From Abditibacterium sp. (GTDB lineage Bacteria; Armatimonadota; Abditibacteriia; Abditibacteriales; Abditibacteriaceae), in assembly GCA_965199495.1 (NCBI GenBank), contig CBDASK010000003.1, positions 1,948,443 to 2,012,442 of the forward strand: a stretch of DNA of 64,000 nt. The letters are read 5' to 3'. The position numbers were made by a program, and so were the translations under genes. Positions 56,660 through 64,000 of the stretch are shown piece by piece. Position 1 is the stretch's first letter. Each line of letters starts with the position of its first letter. The notes under the pieces were generated by a model. It was not told where the DNA came from. It searched no databases and was given only the letters and a program-made list of their open reading frames with translations.

Positions 56660-57235
56660 ATGGATTTACGAGCGTTAATTCAAGCCGAATTAGATCGCGG
56701 CGAAAAATTGCTGTGGTTTGGCGCGCCGTTGCCCGCGCGCGTGGCTGATCAAGAAAAAGGCACGAAAAGCGGTGGCATTGTCGGCGCCTTATTCCTCGTG
56801 TTCTGGTTGTGCCTCGTGGGATTCATCGGTTTTGGGAGCGGCAACGGGGGCGCGCCCGCGTTTTTCAAAGTTTTCATGGGCGTGATGTTCCTGTTTGGCG
56901 TGGCCATGTTGATTTACGTTCTGAGTTTGACTGGCGCGCCCGCCAAAGCTGCCGCCAAAGCGCAGAATACGGTTTACGCCGTGACCGACAAACGTTTGAT
57001 CGTTTTGGTTGCCGGACAAGGCGCGCGTTCTTTCACGCCGCGCGACATCGAGCGCGTCGAGCGGCGCGATACGCCCGATGGACGCGGCGATGTGCTGTTC
57101 GCCCGTGAGCGCGAAGAGGGTTATATGGATAGCAACCATCACCATCACGAGCGCTGGAAAGATTTGGGCTTTTTTGGCATCGAGAACGCGCGCGAAGTCG
57201 AACGGTTGATTCGCACTGAGTTATTGAAATCGTGA
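56660..57235 (+). CDS. membrane protein with 2 TM and C-terminal PH-like domain, hypothetical
   Basis: 191 aa, two adjacent TM helices, then VYAVTDKRLIVL (bacterial PH-domain-like) and an HHHH stretch. Confidence 0.45.
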   Translation: MDLRALIQAELDRGEKLLWFGAPLPARVADQEKGTKSGGIVGALFLVFWLCLVGFIGFGSGNGGAPAFFKVFMGVMFLFGVAMLIYVLSLTGAPAKAAAKAQNTVYAVTDKRLIVLVAGQGARSFTPRDIERVERRDTPDGRGDVLFAREREEGYMDSNHHHHERWKDLGFFGIENAREVERLIRTELLKS

Positions 57236-57380
57236 CGTTTGTGCCGCGCGTCAACCGGAACTTTGCGGCGTCCCTTGCGTTGGTTTATTCGACTCGTTAA
57301 AATGCGAGAGCCTTTGCAAAAGCGGGGGCACGACAGGGCCGACGGAGTTAAGCCGTCAGCGGCCAAGGAAAAACACTCAC

Positions 57381-57782
57381 ATGATTATCATTACCGACCG
57401 CGCTGCCACCGAAGTGAAAGGACTTTTGGAGCGCCAGGAAAAACCCGACGCGATGTTGCGCGTTTTTGTCTCCGGCGGCGGTTGCTCCGGCTTTCAATAC
57501 GGCATGACCCTCGAAGAAGAGGGCATGGAAGGCGACGAGAACTTTGATGTCAACGGCGTCAAAGTCATCATTGACCCACGCTCAGCGCAATATTTGGAAG
57601 GCGCCAACATTGATTTCGTGGACAACCTGATGGGCGGCGGTTTTAAAATCGACAATCCCAACGCCAAATCGAGCTGCGGTTGCGGCCATTCGTTCACACC
57701 CAAAGATGGCGAAGAAGGCGACATGGAACCGGCGGCTGCCGGAAGCGGTTGCGGTTCGTGTTCGTCGGGCGGCGGATTCTAA
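57381..57782 (+). CDS. HesB/IscA-family iron-sulfur cluster insertion protein with Cys/Gly-rich C-terminal tail
   Basis: IIITDRAATEVKGLL...GGGCSGFQYG...CGCGHSF canonical. Extra tail ...GSGCGSCSSGGGF. Confidence 0.8.
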   Translation: MIIITDRAATEVKGLLERQEKPDAMLRVFVSGGGCSGFQYGMTLEEEGMEGDENFDVNGVKVIIDPRSAQYLEGANIDFVDNLMGGGFKIDNPNAKSSCGCGHSFTPKDGEEGDMEPAAAGSGCGSCSSGGGF

Positions 57783-57788
57783 TTTAAA

Positions 57789-57883
57789 GGGACAAGTGAC
57801 AAGGAGCAGGGAACAAGGGAAATGCGGCGCGATATTTTGTGGCGCTGCTTTCTCCTTGTTCCCTGCTCCTTGTCACTTGTCCC
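57789..57883. repeat. 30-bp perfect inverted repeat (GGGACAAGTGACAAGGAGCAGGGAACAAGG) with 35-nt loop
   Basis: gggacaagtgacaaggagcagggaacaagg ... ccttgttccctgctccttgtcacttgtccc. Confidence 0.75.
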
Positions 57884-57892
57884 ACTTGATTT

Positions 57893-58723
57893 ATGAAATT
57901 AGGCGCTCATCTTCCCACATCCAAAGGTTTCTCCGCCGCGCTCAAACAAGCGCAGGAACTCAATCTCGATTGTCTGCAACTCTTCTCCAAAACGCCGCGC
58001 CAATGGAAAGCCAAGCCGCTCGATCCCGAATTGATGGCGCAGTGGCGTTTAGAGTGGGCCGCTTCGGGTTTGGGGCCGCTCGTGATTCACGATTCGTATT
58101 TAATTAACTTGGCCGCGCCCGTGGCTGATACGTTGGAGAAATCGGTCGCCGCGATGATTGACGAAATCGAGCGCGCCGAGCAGATGAATTGCGATTATTT
58201 GGTCACGCATTGCGGGGCGCATCTGGGTTCGGGCGAGGACGCGGGCGTCGAACAATTGGCGAGTTCGCTGATGCAATGTCTGGAGAAAACCGCCGAGGCG
58301 AAAGTTAAAATCGCGCTCGAAATCACGGCGGGACAAGGCACCTGTCTGGGCGGGCCGTTCGAGCATATCGGCGCGGTTTTGAAATCTTTGGAAAGCGACC
58401 GTCTGGCGGTTTGTTTCGATACCTGCCACGCATGGGCGGCGGGCCACGATTTAGTCAATAATCTCGACGGCGTGATGCGCGATTTCGATGAGCAAATCGG
58501 CTTCGAGAATTTGGCGGTTATTCATCTCAACGATTCCAAAGGCAAATTGGGCAGCCATCTGGATCGACACGATCATTTGGGCGAAGGCGAATTGGGCGAA
58601 GCCGCGTTGCGCGCGTTTATCAATTATCCGAAATTGAAAGATTTGCCGTTCATTCTGGAAACGCCCGAAACCGAAGAACGCATTGCCGACAATGTAGCCA
58701 CGGCGCGTCGGTTGGCGAATTGA
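57893..58723 (+). CDS. nfo: deoxyribonuclease IV (endonuclease IV, AP endonuclease family 2)
   Basis: MKLGAHLPTSKGF...LVIHDSYLINLA...HLNDSK metal-binding motifs. Confidence 0.85.
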   Translation: MKLGAHLPTSKGFSAALKQAQELNLDCLQLFSKTPRQWKAKPLDPELMAQWRLEWAASGLGPLVIHDSYLINLAAPVADTLEKSVAAMIDEIERAEQMNCDYLVTHCGAHLGSGEDAGVEQLASSLMQCLEKTAEAKVKIALEITAGQGTCLGGPFEHIGAVLKSLESDRLAVCFDTCHAWAAGHDLVNNLDGVMRDFDEQIGFENLAVIHLNDSKGKLGSHLDRHDHLGEGELGEAALRAFINYPKLKDLPFILETPETEERIADNVATARRLAN

Positions 58724-58751
58724 TATTGGTCTTTGGAAGGGCCGCAGCATA

Positions 58752-58791
58752 AAAAGTGTTGGCGAATGGTTCGCCAACACTTTTTTGTTCA
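58752..58791. terminator. bidirectional terminator between convergent nfo and recN
   Basis: aaaaagtgttggcgaatggttcgccaacactttttt. Confidence 0.7.
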
Positions 58792-60492
58792 CTTTTTCCC
58801 GCGCTTTTTCGCCGTCGAAACGCCCGCGTCTTTGAGCAGCGTCTTCGCGTGTTCCAAGTTCGCGCGACTTTCGCTGCCCATCATGCGCGCCAATTCCTCG
58901 ACGCGCGCGGGGCCGTCGAGCGGCGTCACGTCCACAGTGGTCGCTTCGTCGCCCGCCGCTTTGACGACGCGAAAATGATGGTCGGCGCGCTTGGCGATTT
59001 GCGGCAGGTGCGTGATACAAAAAACCTGATGATACTTGGCGATGTGGCTCATCTTTTCGCCGACTTTCTCGGCAGTTAAACCACCGATGCCGGTGTCAAT
59101 TTCGTCGAAAATTACAATCGGCACGCGATGTTCGGCTTCGGTATCGCGCAAAACCGAGCGTAAACCGAGCATCACGCGCGAAATTTCGCCGCCCGACGCG
59201 ATTTTGGCGAGCGGACGAAGCGGCTGGCCGGGGTTGGCCGAAAGCAGAAATTCGACGCGGTCAATGCCGTCGGACGCGGCTTTTTCCAATTTTTCAAAAC
59301 CAATTTCAAAACGCGCTTTTTCCATCGCCAAGCCGGAAAGTTGCTCGACGACTTCGCTCGAAAACTGCGTCGCCAACTTTTTGCGGTCGTCCGACAATCG
59401 GTTCGCCAATTCGTAATATTCACTTTTGCGCGCGGCGGCTTCGGCTTTGAGTTCGGCGATCTGTTCGTCGCTCAAGTTTAATTCACCGATTTCGGTTTCG
59501 ATTTGCGCGCGATATTCCAACACTTCCGAAACCGTCGCGCCGTATTTGCGCTTGAGACGATTGATTTTGTGCAGTCTCGATTCGATCTGTTCCAAGCGCG
59601 CCGGGTCGGCGTCCAAGGTTTCGGCGTAAGCGCGCGCGGATTCGGCGGTGTCTTCTAAATCCAAAATCGCGCTTTGCATGCGCTCCACCCATTCGGCGAT
59701 GCTGGCATCGGTCGCCTCAATTTCGCGCGCGGCTTTCAAGCCTTGGCGCGCCAAACCTAAGGCACCCAACTCTTCGTCGCCCCACAAGCTGCCGACGCAC
59801 AGCGCAGCGCTCAAGCGTAAACCTTCGGAGTTGAGCAGGCGCGCGCGTTCTTCGGCGATCTCTTCGTCTTCGTCGGGTGTAAGTTTGGCTTTGTCTATTT
59901 CCGCCGCCTGATCTTGCAGCGTATCCAAACGTTGCACGCGCGCCTGTTCGTTGCGCGAAAGTTCGGCGACCGCGCGTGCAGCCACGCGCCATTGCTTATG
60001 GGCATCTCGCACTTGATCTTTGAGTTCGCCGTGGCTGCTGTCGCCGAACTCGTCCAAAAACAGCAGATGCGCGTCGGGCGACAATAACATTTGGTTCTCG
60101 TGTTGGCCATGCAAATCCACCAGAAAACTGCCCAACTCGCGCAGGCCCGTCGCCGTGGCTAAACGTCCGTTGAGTCGCACGCGCGAACGGCCCGACGATT
60201 CAACTTCGCGCGCCACGATGAGCGCGTCATCGTCAACGGGAAAGCCGTGTTCTTCGAGCCAGTGCCGCGCGCGCGGCGCGTTGGTCAAATCGAAGGCGCC
60301 TTCGACAATGGCGCGGCCTTGCACGTTGCCGACCTGTTCGGCGGCGGCGCGCTCGCCCAGCAAAAGTCCCAGCGCCTGAATCAGGATAGACTTGCCCGCG
60401 CCGGTCTCGCCGGTTAATGTGTTGAAGCCCGCGCCGGGCGCGATTTCGGCCCGTTCGATTAAAGCAAAATTCGAGATGCGAAGTTCGAGAAG
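58789..60492 (-). CDS. recN: DNA repair protein RecN
   Basis: LELRISNFALIERAEI...LTGETGAGKS N-terminus, coiled coil, C-terminal signature. I start at GTG 60492 (VLLELRISNF); the ORF track offers a longer start at 60567. Confidence 0.85.
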   Translation of the reverse strand, partial: LLELRISNFALIERAEIAPGAGFNTLTGETGAGKSILIQALGLLLGERAAAEQVGNVQGRAIVEGAFDLTNAPRARHWLEEHGFPVDDDALIVAREVESSGRSRVRLNGRLATATGLRELGSFLVDLHGQHENQMLLSPDAHLLFLDEFGDSSHGELKDQVRDAHKQWRVAARAVAELSRNEQARVQRLDTLQDQAAEIDKAKLTPDEDEEIAEERARLLNSEGLRLSAALCVGSLWGDEELGALGLARQGLKAAREIEATDASIAEWVERMQSAILDLEDTAESARAYAETLDADPARLEQIESRLHKINRLKRKYGATVSEVLEYRAQIETEIGELNLSDEQIAELKAEAAARKSEYYELANRLSDDRKKLATQFSSEVVEQLSGLAMEKARFEIGFEKLEKAASDGIDRVEFLLSANPGQPLRPLAKIASGGEISRVMLGLRSVLRDTEAEHRVPIVIFDEIDTGIGGLTAEKVGEKMSHIAKYHQVFCITHLPQIAKRADHHFRVVKAAGDEATTVDVTPLDGPARVEELARMMGSESRANLEHAKTLLKDAGVSTAKKRGKK

Positions 60493-60540
60493 CACGATCT
60501 TAGTTTCGCTAATTTGAAGCCACTGAAACGAAAATTTTTT

Positions 60541-60653
60541 AGCCACAAAGAACACAAGGGGGCACAAAGAGGGAGCAGAACTATTTTTATATTTTTGCTT
60601 TTACAAATTAATTTCTTGGCCCTTCTTTGTGCCTCTTTGTGTTCTTTGTGGCT
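60541..60653. repeat. inverted repeat of CACAAAG modules (agccacaaagaacacaagggggcacaaagagggag) with 40-nt AT-rich loop
   Basis: agccacaaagaacacaagggggcacaaagagggag ... cccttctttgtgcctctttgtgttctttgtggct. Confidence 0.75.
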
Positions 60654-61101
60654 AATTTTCAAACGCCGCGCGCACATCGTCAATAAAGCGGCTCCAAACC
60701 GCGTCGGGCGAACGGATTTGCAGCATACGCGCGCGGGCGAGGCTTTCGTCTTCGCCTTCGACGAGCGTGCGATACAAATAAACCAACGCCGAAACGCGCA
60801 CGTTGGCGGCGCAGTGAACCAAAATCGTGCGGCCCTGATGCGCGTTCATTACGCCCGCGAAACTGAGAAAATCCGAGACCAACGGTTGCCCAAAGATAAT
60901 CGGCAAATGCGCGTAAATCATGCCGTTTTCCATGACCAATTGCGCTTCATTGGCCAGATAACCGTGCGCGCCGGGCGGCGCCGTATTAATCACGACTTGC
61001 ACGCCCGACTGCGCAATGGACGCGAAATCGGCGGGCGCGGGTTGGCCCGCCGTCAATAAGCGCGGCGAAACCTGTAAAAATGCGGGCAGATGTTCGAGCA
61101 T
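60652..61101 (-). CDS. small CX5R protein-tyrosine/dual-specificity phosphatase-like protein
   Basis: 149 aa. VHCAANVR (HCx5R P-loop). ATG at 61101; the longer ORF-track N-terminus is Arg-rich and probably noncoding. Confidence 0.5.
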   Translation of the reverse strand: MLEHLPAFLQVSPRLLTAGQPAPADFASIAQSGVQVVINTAPPGAHGYLANEAQLVMENGMIYAHLPIIFGQPLVSDFLSFAGVMNAHQGRTILVHCAANVRVSALVYLYRTLVEGEDESLARARMLQIRSPDAVWSRFIDDVRAAFEN

Positions 61102-61118
61102 ACCCGGAAGTTTAATCG

Positions 61119-62819
61119 CTAATTTTCGTCGTTGACGCGGTAAACCTCGCGTTCGATGAAAATGCGCAGCGCGTCCGCGTCGAGTTTGCCCAGCGCGGCT
61201 TCCTGACTCAGGATGCGCAGCGCCAGTTCGGGCGGCAAAGCGCGTTTGTAGGGACGGTCGGCGGCGGTGAGGGCGTCGTAAACGTCGGCGATGCCCATGA
61301 GTTTGGCGCCGAAGGGAATCTCGCTCAAAGCCAAGCCTTGCGGATAGCCCGAACCGTCCAAACGCTCGTGATGCGAGCGCGCAATGCTTGGCACATTGCT
61401 GAGAGTGGATGTCCACGGGATTTGCTTGAGAAATTCGTAGGACATCTGCGCGTGCTGCTGAATCTGGCGAAACTCGACGGGCGTGAGCGTGCCGCGCACC
61501 ACGCGCAACGCGTCGGCTTCGGTTTCGGTCAGCAGAGGCCGTGATTGGCCGCGCGCATCCAGATAACACATCTCGGTCAGGCGCGAGATGCCCGCGCGCG
61601 CGGCGGCCCAGGTTTCGTCCGAATACGGCTCCTGCATTGGATCGTTGATGATCTCAATCGCCTCGAAATCGGCGCGCAGACGAGCGATGCGCTCCTCCAT
61701 CGCCAGTTGGTAGACCTCGTGGCTGGTGCTGGCGTCGGGGGCACCGCTATGCCACAACTGCAACTGCTGACGCACGCAATCGGCCTCCCACTGGCGTTGC
61801 AAAATCAGCACGCGCGCCTCGATTTCGGCGAACTCAGTGAACGTGATTTTATGACTTTTGGTCAAAACCGCCTCGCGCACGCCGATTTTGCCGAAGTCGT
61901 GTAACAGACACGCATAACGCAACTCGCGCATTTGCAATGGGGTCACTTCGCATTGAGCGAGTGGGCCAGCGTTGGCTTCGTTGATGGCCTGCGCCAACGC
62001 CAACGTCAAATTGGTCACGCGTTTCGAGTGGCCCGAAGTGGTCGGGTCGCGACTTTCAATGGCGCTCGAAGCGGCTTCGACCAAGGCTTCAAACAGGCTT
62101 TCGATTTCGCGCAGCAGCAGATTGTTATTCAGAGCCACCGCCGCCTGCGAAGCCAGCGTCGCGGCCAGATCGGTCATCTCTTCGTCGAAACCCAGCACTT
62201 CGCGCTCGACGATTGCGGGCGTCGTCAGGCGCGTTTGGTGATTTTGCTTGCGGTTGATAAGCTGCAAAACGCCGATGGTTTCGCCGACGTGGTTTTTTAG
62301 CGGCACGACCAAAACTGACTTGGTGCGATAATTATGCTCCTGATCGAAACGTGGATTGAAGCGAAACGGCATTGCGTCCGGCAACTGATAAACGTCGTCA
62401 AAGCGCAAAATCTCGCCAGAAAAAGCGGCGTAACCGGCCAGACTGTTAGCGCCCACCACAAATGTCATATTGTCGGTATCAACCGTAATCGAATCGTTCT
62501 GAGAGGCGCGAAAAAACAGGTTTTTGCTGCCATTTTCGGCGGTCTCCACAATGTAAAGCGAGCCGCCATCCGAGGCCGTCAAATCGCGCGCGGCGGTTAG
62601 AATCATCCGCAGCAACAAGTGAATATCGCGTTCGGCGGACAGCGCCAGACCGATCTCCGAAAGATGGCGCAGACGCCGCGCCGCGACCGAAACCTCGCTG
62701 TTATCGCCCAACGCCGCCGAAACCTGCGGCGCGCTCAGCGGCGACAACGCCATCGGAACGATGCCAGCGCCAACCGAAAGATCGGATGACAAAGTTGGAG
62801 TTCGCCGAGAGTTATTCAT
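61119..62819 (-). CDS. GAF domain / HD-GYP domain c-di-GMP phosphodiesterase-like protein
   Basis: CLLHDFGKIGV (HD) and HHERLDGSGYPQGL (GYP). GAF-like N-terminal half. Confidence 0.8.
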   Translation of the reverse strand: MNNSRRTPTLSSDLSVGAGIVPMALSPLSAPQVSAALGDNSEVSVAARRLRHLSEIGLALSAERDIHLLLRMILTAARDLTASDGGSLYIVETAENGSKNLFFRASQNDSITVDTDNMTFVVGANSLAGYAAFSGEILRFDDVYQLPDAMPFRFNPRFDQEHNYRTKSVLVVPLKNHVGETIGVLQLINRKQNHQTRLTTPAIVEREVLGFDEEMTDLAATLASQAAVALNNNLLLREIESLFEALVEAASSAIESRDPTTSGHSKRVTNLTLALAQAINEANAGPLAQCEVTPLQMRELRYACLLHDFGKIGVREAVLTKSHKITFTEFAEIEARVLILQRQWEADCVRQQLQLWHSGAPDASTSHEVYQLAMEERIARLRADFEAIEIINDPMQEPYSDETWAAARAGISRLTEMCYLDARGQSRPLLTETEADALRVVRGTLTPVEFRQIQQHAQMSYEFLKQIPWTSTLSNVPSIARSHHERLDGSGYPQGLALSEIPFGAKLMGIADVYDALTAADRPYKRALPPELALRILSQEAALGKLDADALRIFIEREVYRVNDEN

Positions 62820-62820
62820 C

Positions 62821-62908
62821 AGGAAAGGATCGAGGCTGAAAAATCAAGGATAAAGAAAAGTGTGCCAAGGATTTATCCTTTATCCTTCAGCTTTTATCCT
62901 TTCCTCAA
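62821..62908. repeat. imperfect inverted repeat of AGGAAAGGAT/AAGGATAAAG modules overlapping nadK 3' end
   Basis: aggaaaggatcgaggctgaaaaatcaaggataaagaaaag ... aaggatttatcctttatccttcagcttttatcctttcct. Confidence 0.6.
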
Positions 62909-63834
62909 TCGCCCCACGCCATTTTGAGGCGCAAACGCGCGTAAAACGAATCTTTGGGGTCGCGCAGCAGACGCGCGACCATCGAAGATCGCCGCACGCG
63001 CACCACATCGCCGGGTCTTAAAATAACACCAACTTGGCCATCTAAAGTCAACATCGTATCGAGACGTTCCTGCTGCACTTCGTCGCCCTCCCATTCGGCG
63101 CGCACATCCACGGTTTCGTTGGCGCCCACGACAATCGGACGTTGATTAAGCGTGTGCGCGCAAATCGGCGCGCACAACAACAGCTCGACATCGGGCGGCA
63201 CAATCGGGCCGCCCGCCGACAGCGCATAAGCCGTCGAGCCGGTCGGCGTCGAAACGATGAGGCCGTCGGCGCGGATTTGCGCGACCAATTCGGTATCGGC
63301 ATAGATGGACAAACGCAAAATGCGCGCGAGCGCGCTTTTGGCGACAACGGCATCGTTGAGCGCGATGCCGCCGCCGATTTCCAGAGCCGAGGTATCGGAG
63401 TTCGGGTCGGCCAAAACCGCCGCCAACCGGTCGGCGTCGTCGCAGCGCAAAACGCGCGCATCAATCATCATGCGCTTTTCGACTTCAAATTCGCCGTTCA
63501 TCAGACGCGCGAACGCGCTTTCGATGGCATCGGGCCGCACCGTGGACAAAAATCCCAGACGGCCCAAATCAACCGCCAAAACCGGCGTCTCGAATTGGGC
63601 CGCCGCGCGCGCCGCCGCCAAAACGCCGCCGTCGCCCGACAGACAAATCAGCACGTCGCAACGCGCGACTTCGTCGTTGACCAGACAACCGTCGCCGCCT
63701 TGCAGTGGCGGTGGCTCTTGCTCGAACTGCTCGCGAACTTCGAGGCCCGCGGCCCGCGCCAACTCCGCCAACTGGCGCCCCAACAACACCGCCTGCGGCT
63801 TGCCGGGCGCCGCAAAAATACCGATAGAATTCAT
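62905..63834 (-). CDS. nadK: NAD(+) kinase
   Basis: GDGGVLAAARAA (GGDG-like) and DLGRLGFL (NE/DxGxLGFL) motifs. ATG at 63834. Confidence 0.85.
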   Translation of the reverse strand: MNSIGIFAAPGKPQAVLLGRQLAELARAAGLEVREQFEQEPPPLQGGDGCLVNDEVARCDVLICLSGDGGVLAAARAAAQFETPVLAVDLGRLGFLSTVRPDAIESAFARLMNGEFEVEKRMMIDARVLRCDDADRLAAVLADPNSDTSALEIGGGIALNDAVVAKSALARILRLSIYADTELVAQIRADGLIVSTPTGSTAYALSAGGPIVPPDVELLLCAPICAHTLNQRPIVVGANETVDVRAEWEGDEVQQERLDTMLTLDGQVGVILRPGDVVRVRRSSMVARLLRDPKDSFYARLRLKMAWGD

Positions 63835-63835
63835 A

Positions 63836-63966
63836 TTTTTCAGGAGACAGGATACAGGAGACGAGGGAGACGGGAACAGCAAGTTATGTTACAACAACGA
63901 TTTGTTCTCCCTCGTATTTATCAAATTCCCGTCTCCCTCGTCTCCTGTATCCTGTCTCCTGAAAAA
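63836..63966. repeat. 39-bp perfect inverted repeat (CAGGAGACAGGATACAGGAGACGAGGGAGACGGG) with about 52-nt loop
   Basis: ttttcaggagacaggatacaggagacgagggagacggga ... tcccgtctccctcgtctcctgtatcctgtctcctgaaaa. Confidence 0.75.
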
Positions 63967-64000
63967 TCAGCCGACCGCCGCCGCGCCTTTCAAGCGCGCG

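Noticed and set aside
4055-60045. My first impression was that CCGTGGCTGCT occurs only in one orientation (KOPS/Chi-like polar skew).
   Set aside because: Checking the reverse complement found about 6 copies of AGCAGCCACG on the same strand. So the skew is only about 2:1 in this window. Strong polarity is not supported without genome-scale data.

Overview
This window is a high-GC (about 62%) chromosomal stretch from a Gram-negative bacterium, probably Verrucomicrobia or Planctomycetes-like (tentative, from gene content). Every call was made by eye from the ORF track and raw sequence, with no database searches. It carries about 60 protein genes and one tRNA-Ala. Most genes are housekeeping or carbohydrate metabolism: a GH13 alpha-amylase-family enzyme, GH1 beta-glucosidase, Gfo/Idh/MocA oxidoreductase, SulP transporter, ABC-F ATPase, pnuC-nadR, polyphosphate kinase PPK1, a ROK kinase, hisB/hisH, tmk-holB, trxA, recN, nfo, nadK, an iscA-like protein and a GAF/HD-GYP protein. 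There is a deoxy-sugar block of L-fucose isomerase, L-rhamnose isomerase, a bifunctional rhamnulose-1-P aldolase/SDR and a sialate O-acetylesterase.

The features I rate as most worth a second look are:
- A large family of long intergenic inverted repeats built from a small vocabulary of purine-rich modules. One subfamily of three copies (GTAGAGAC...CTAAAACG) shows compensatory base changes that preserve pairing between its arms.
- A GC-rich 10-17 nt word, CGCCGTGGCTGCT(GTTG), that is massively over-represented inside genes in several reading frames and in both gene orientations.
- An NfeD-flotillin operon bracketed by three paralogous glycine-zipper membrane proteins, the last of which is translationally coupled to hisB.
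- Two tandem paralogous short secretin-like outer-membrane proteins with no partner secretion genes nearby.
- A low-GC island encoding an AlbA_2/HATPase_c_4/wHTH protein, inserted into the fucose/rhamnose catabolic cluster.
- An MBOAT-family membrane acyltransferase gene broken by several frameshifts, surrounded by low-GC small ORFs.
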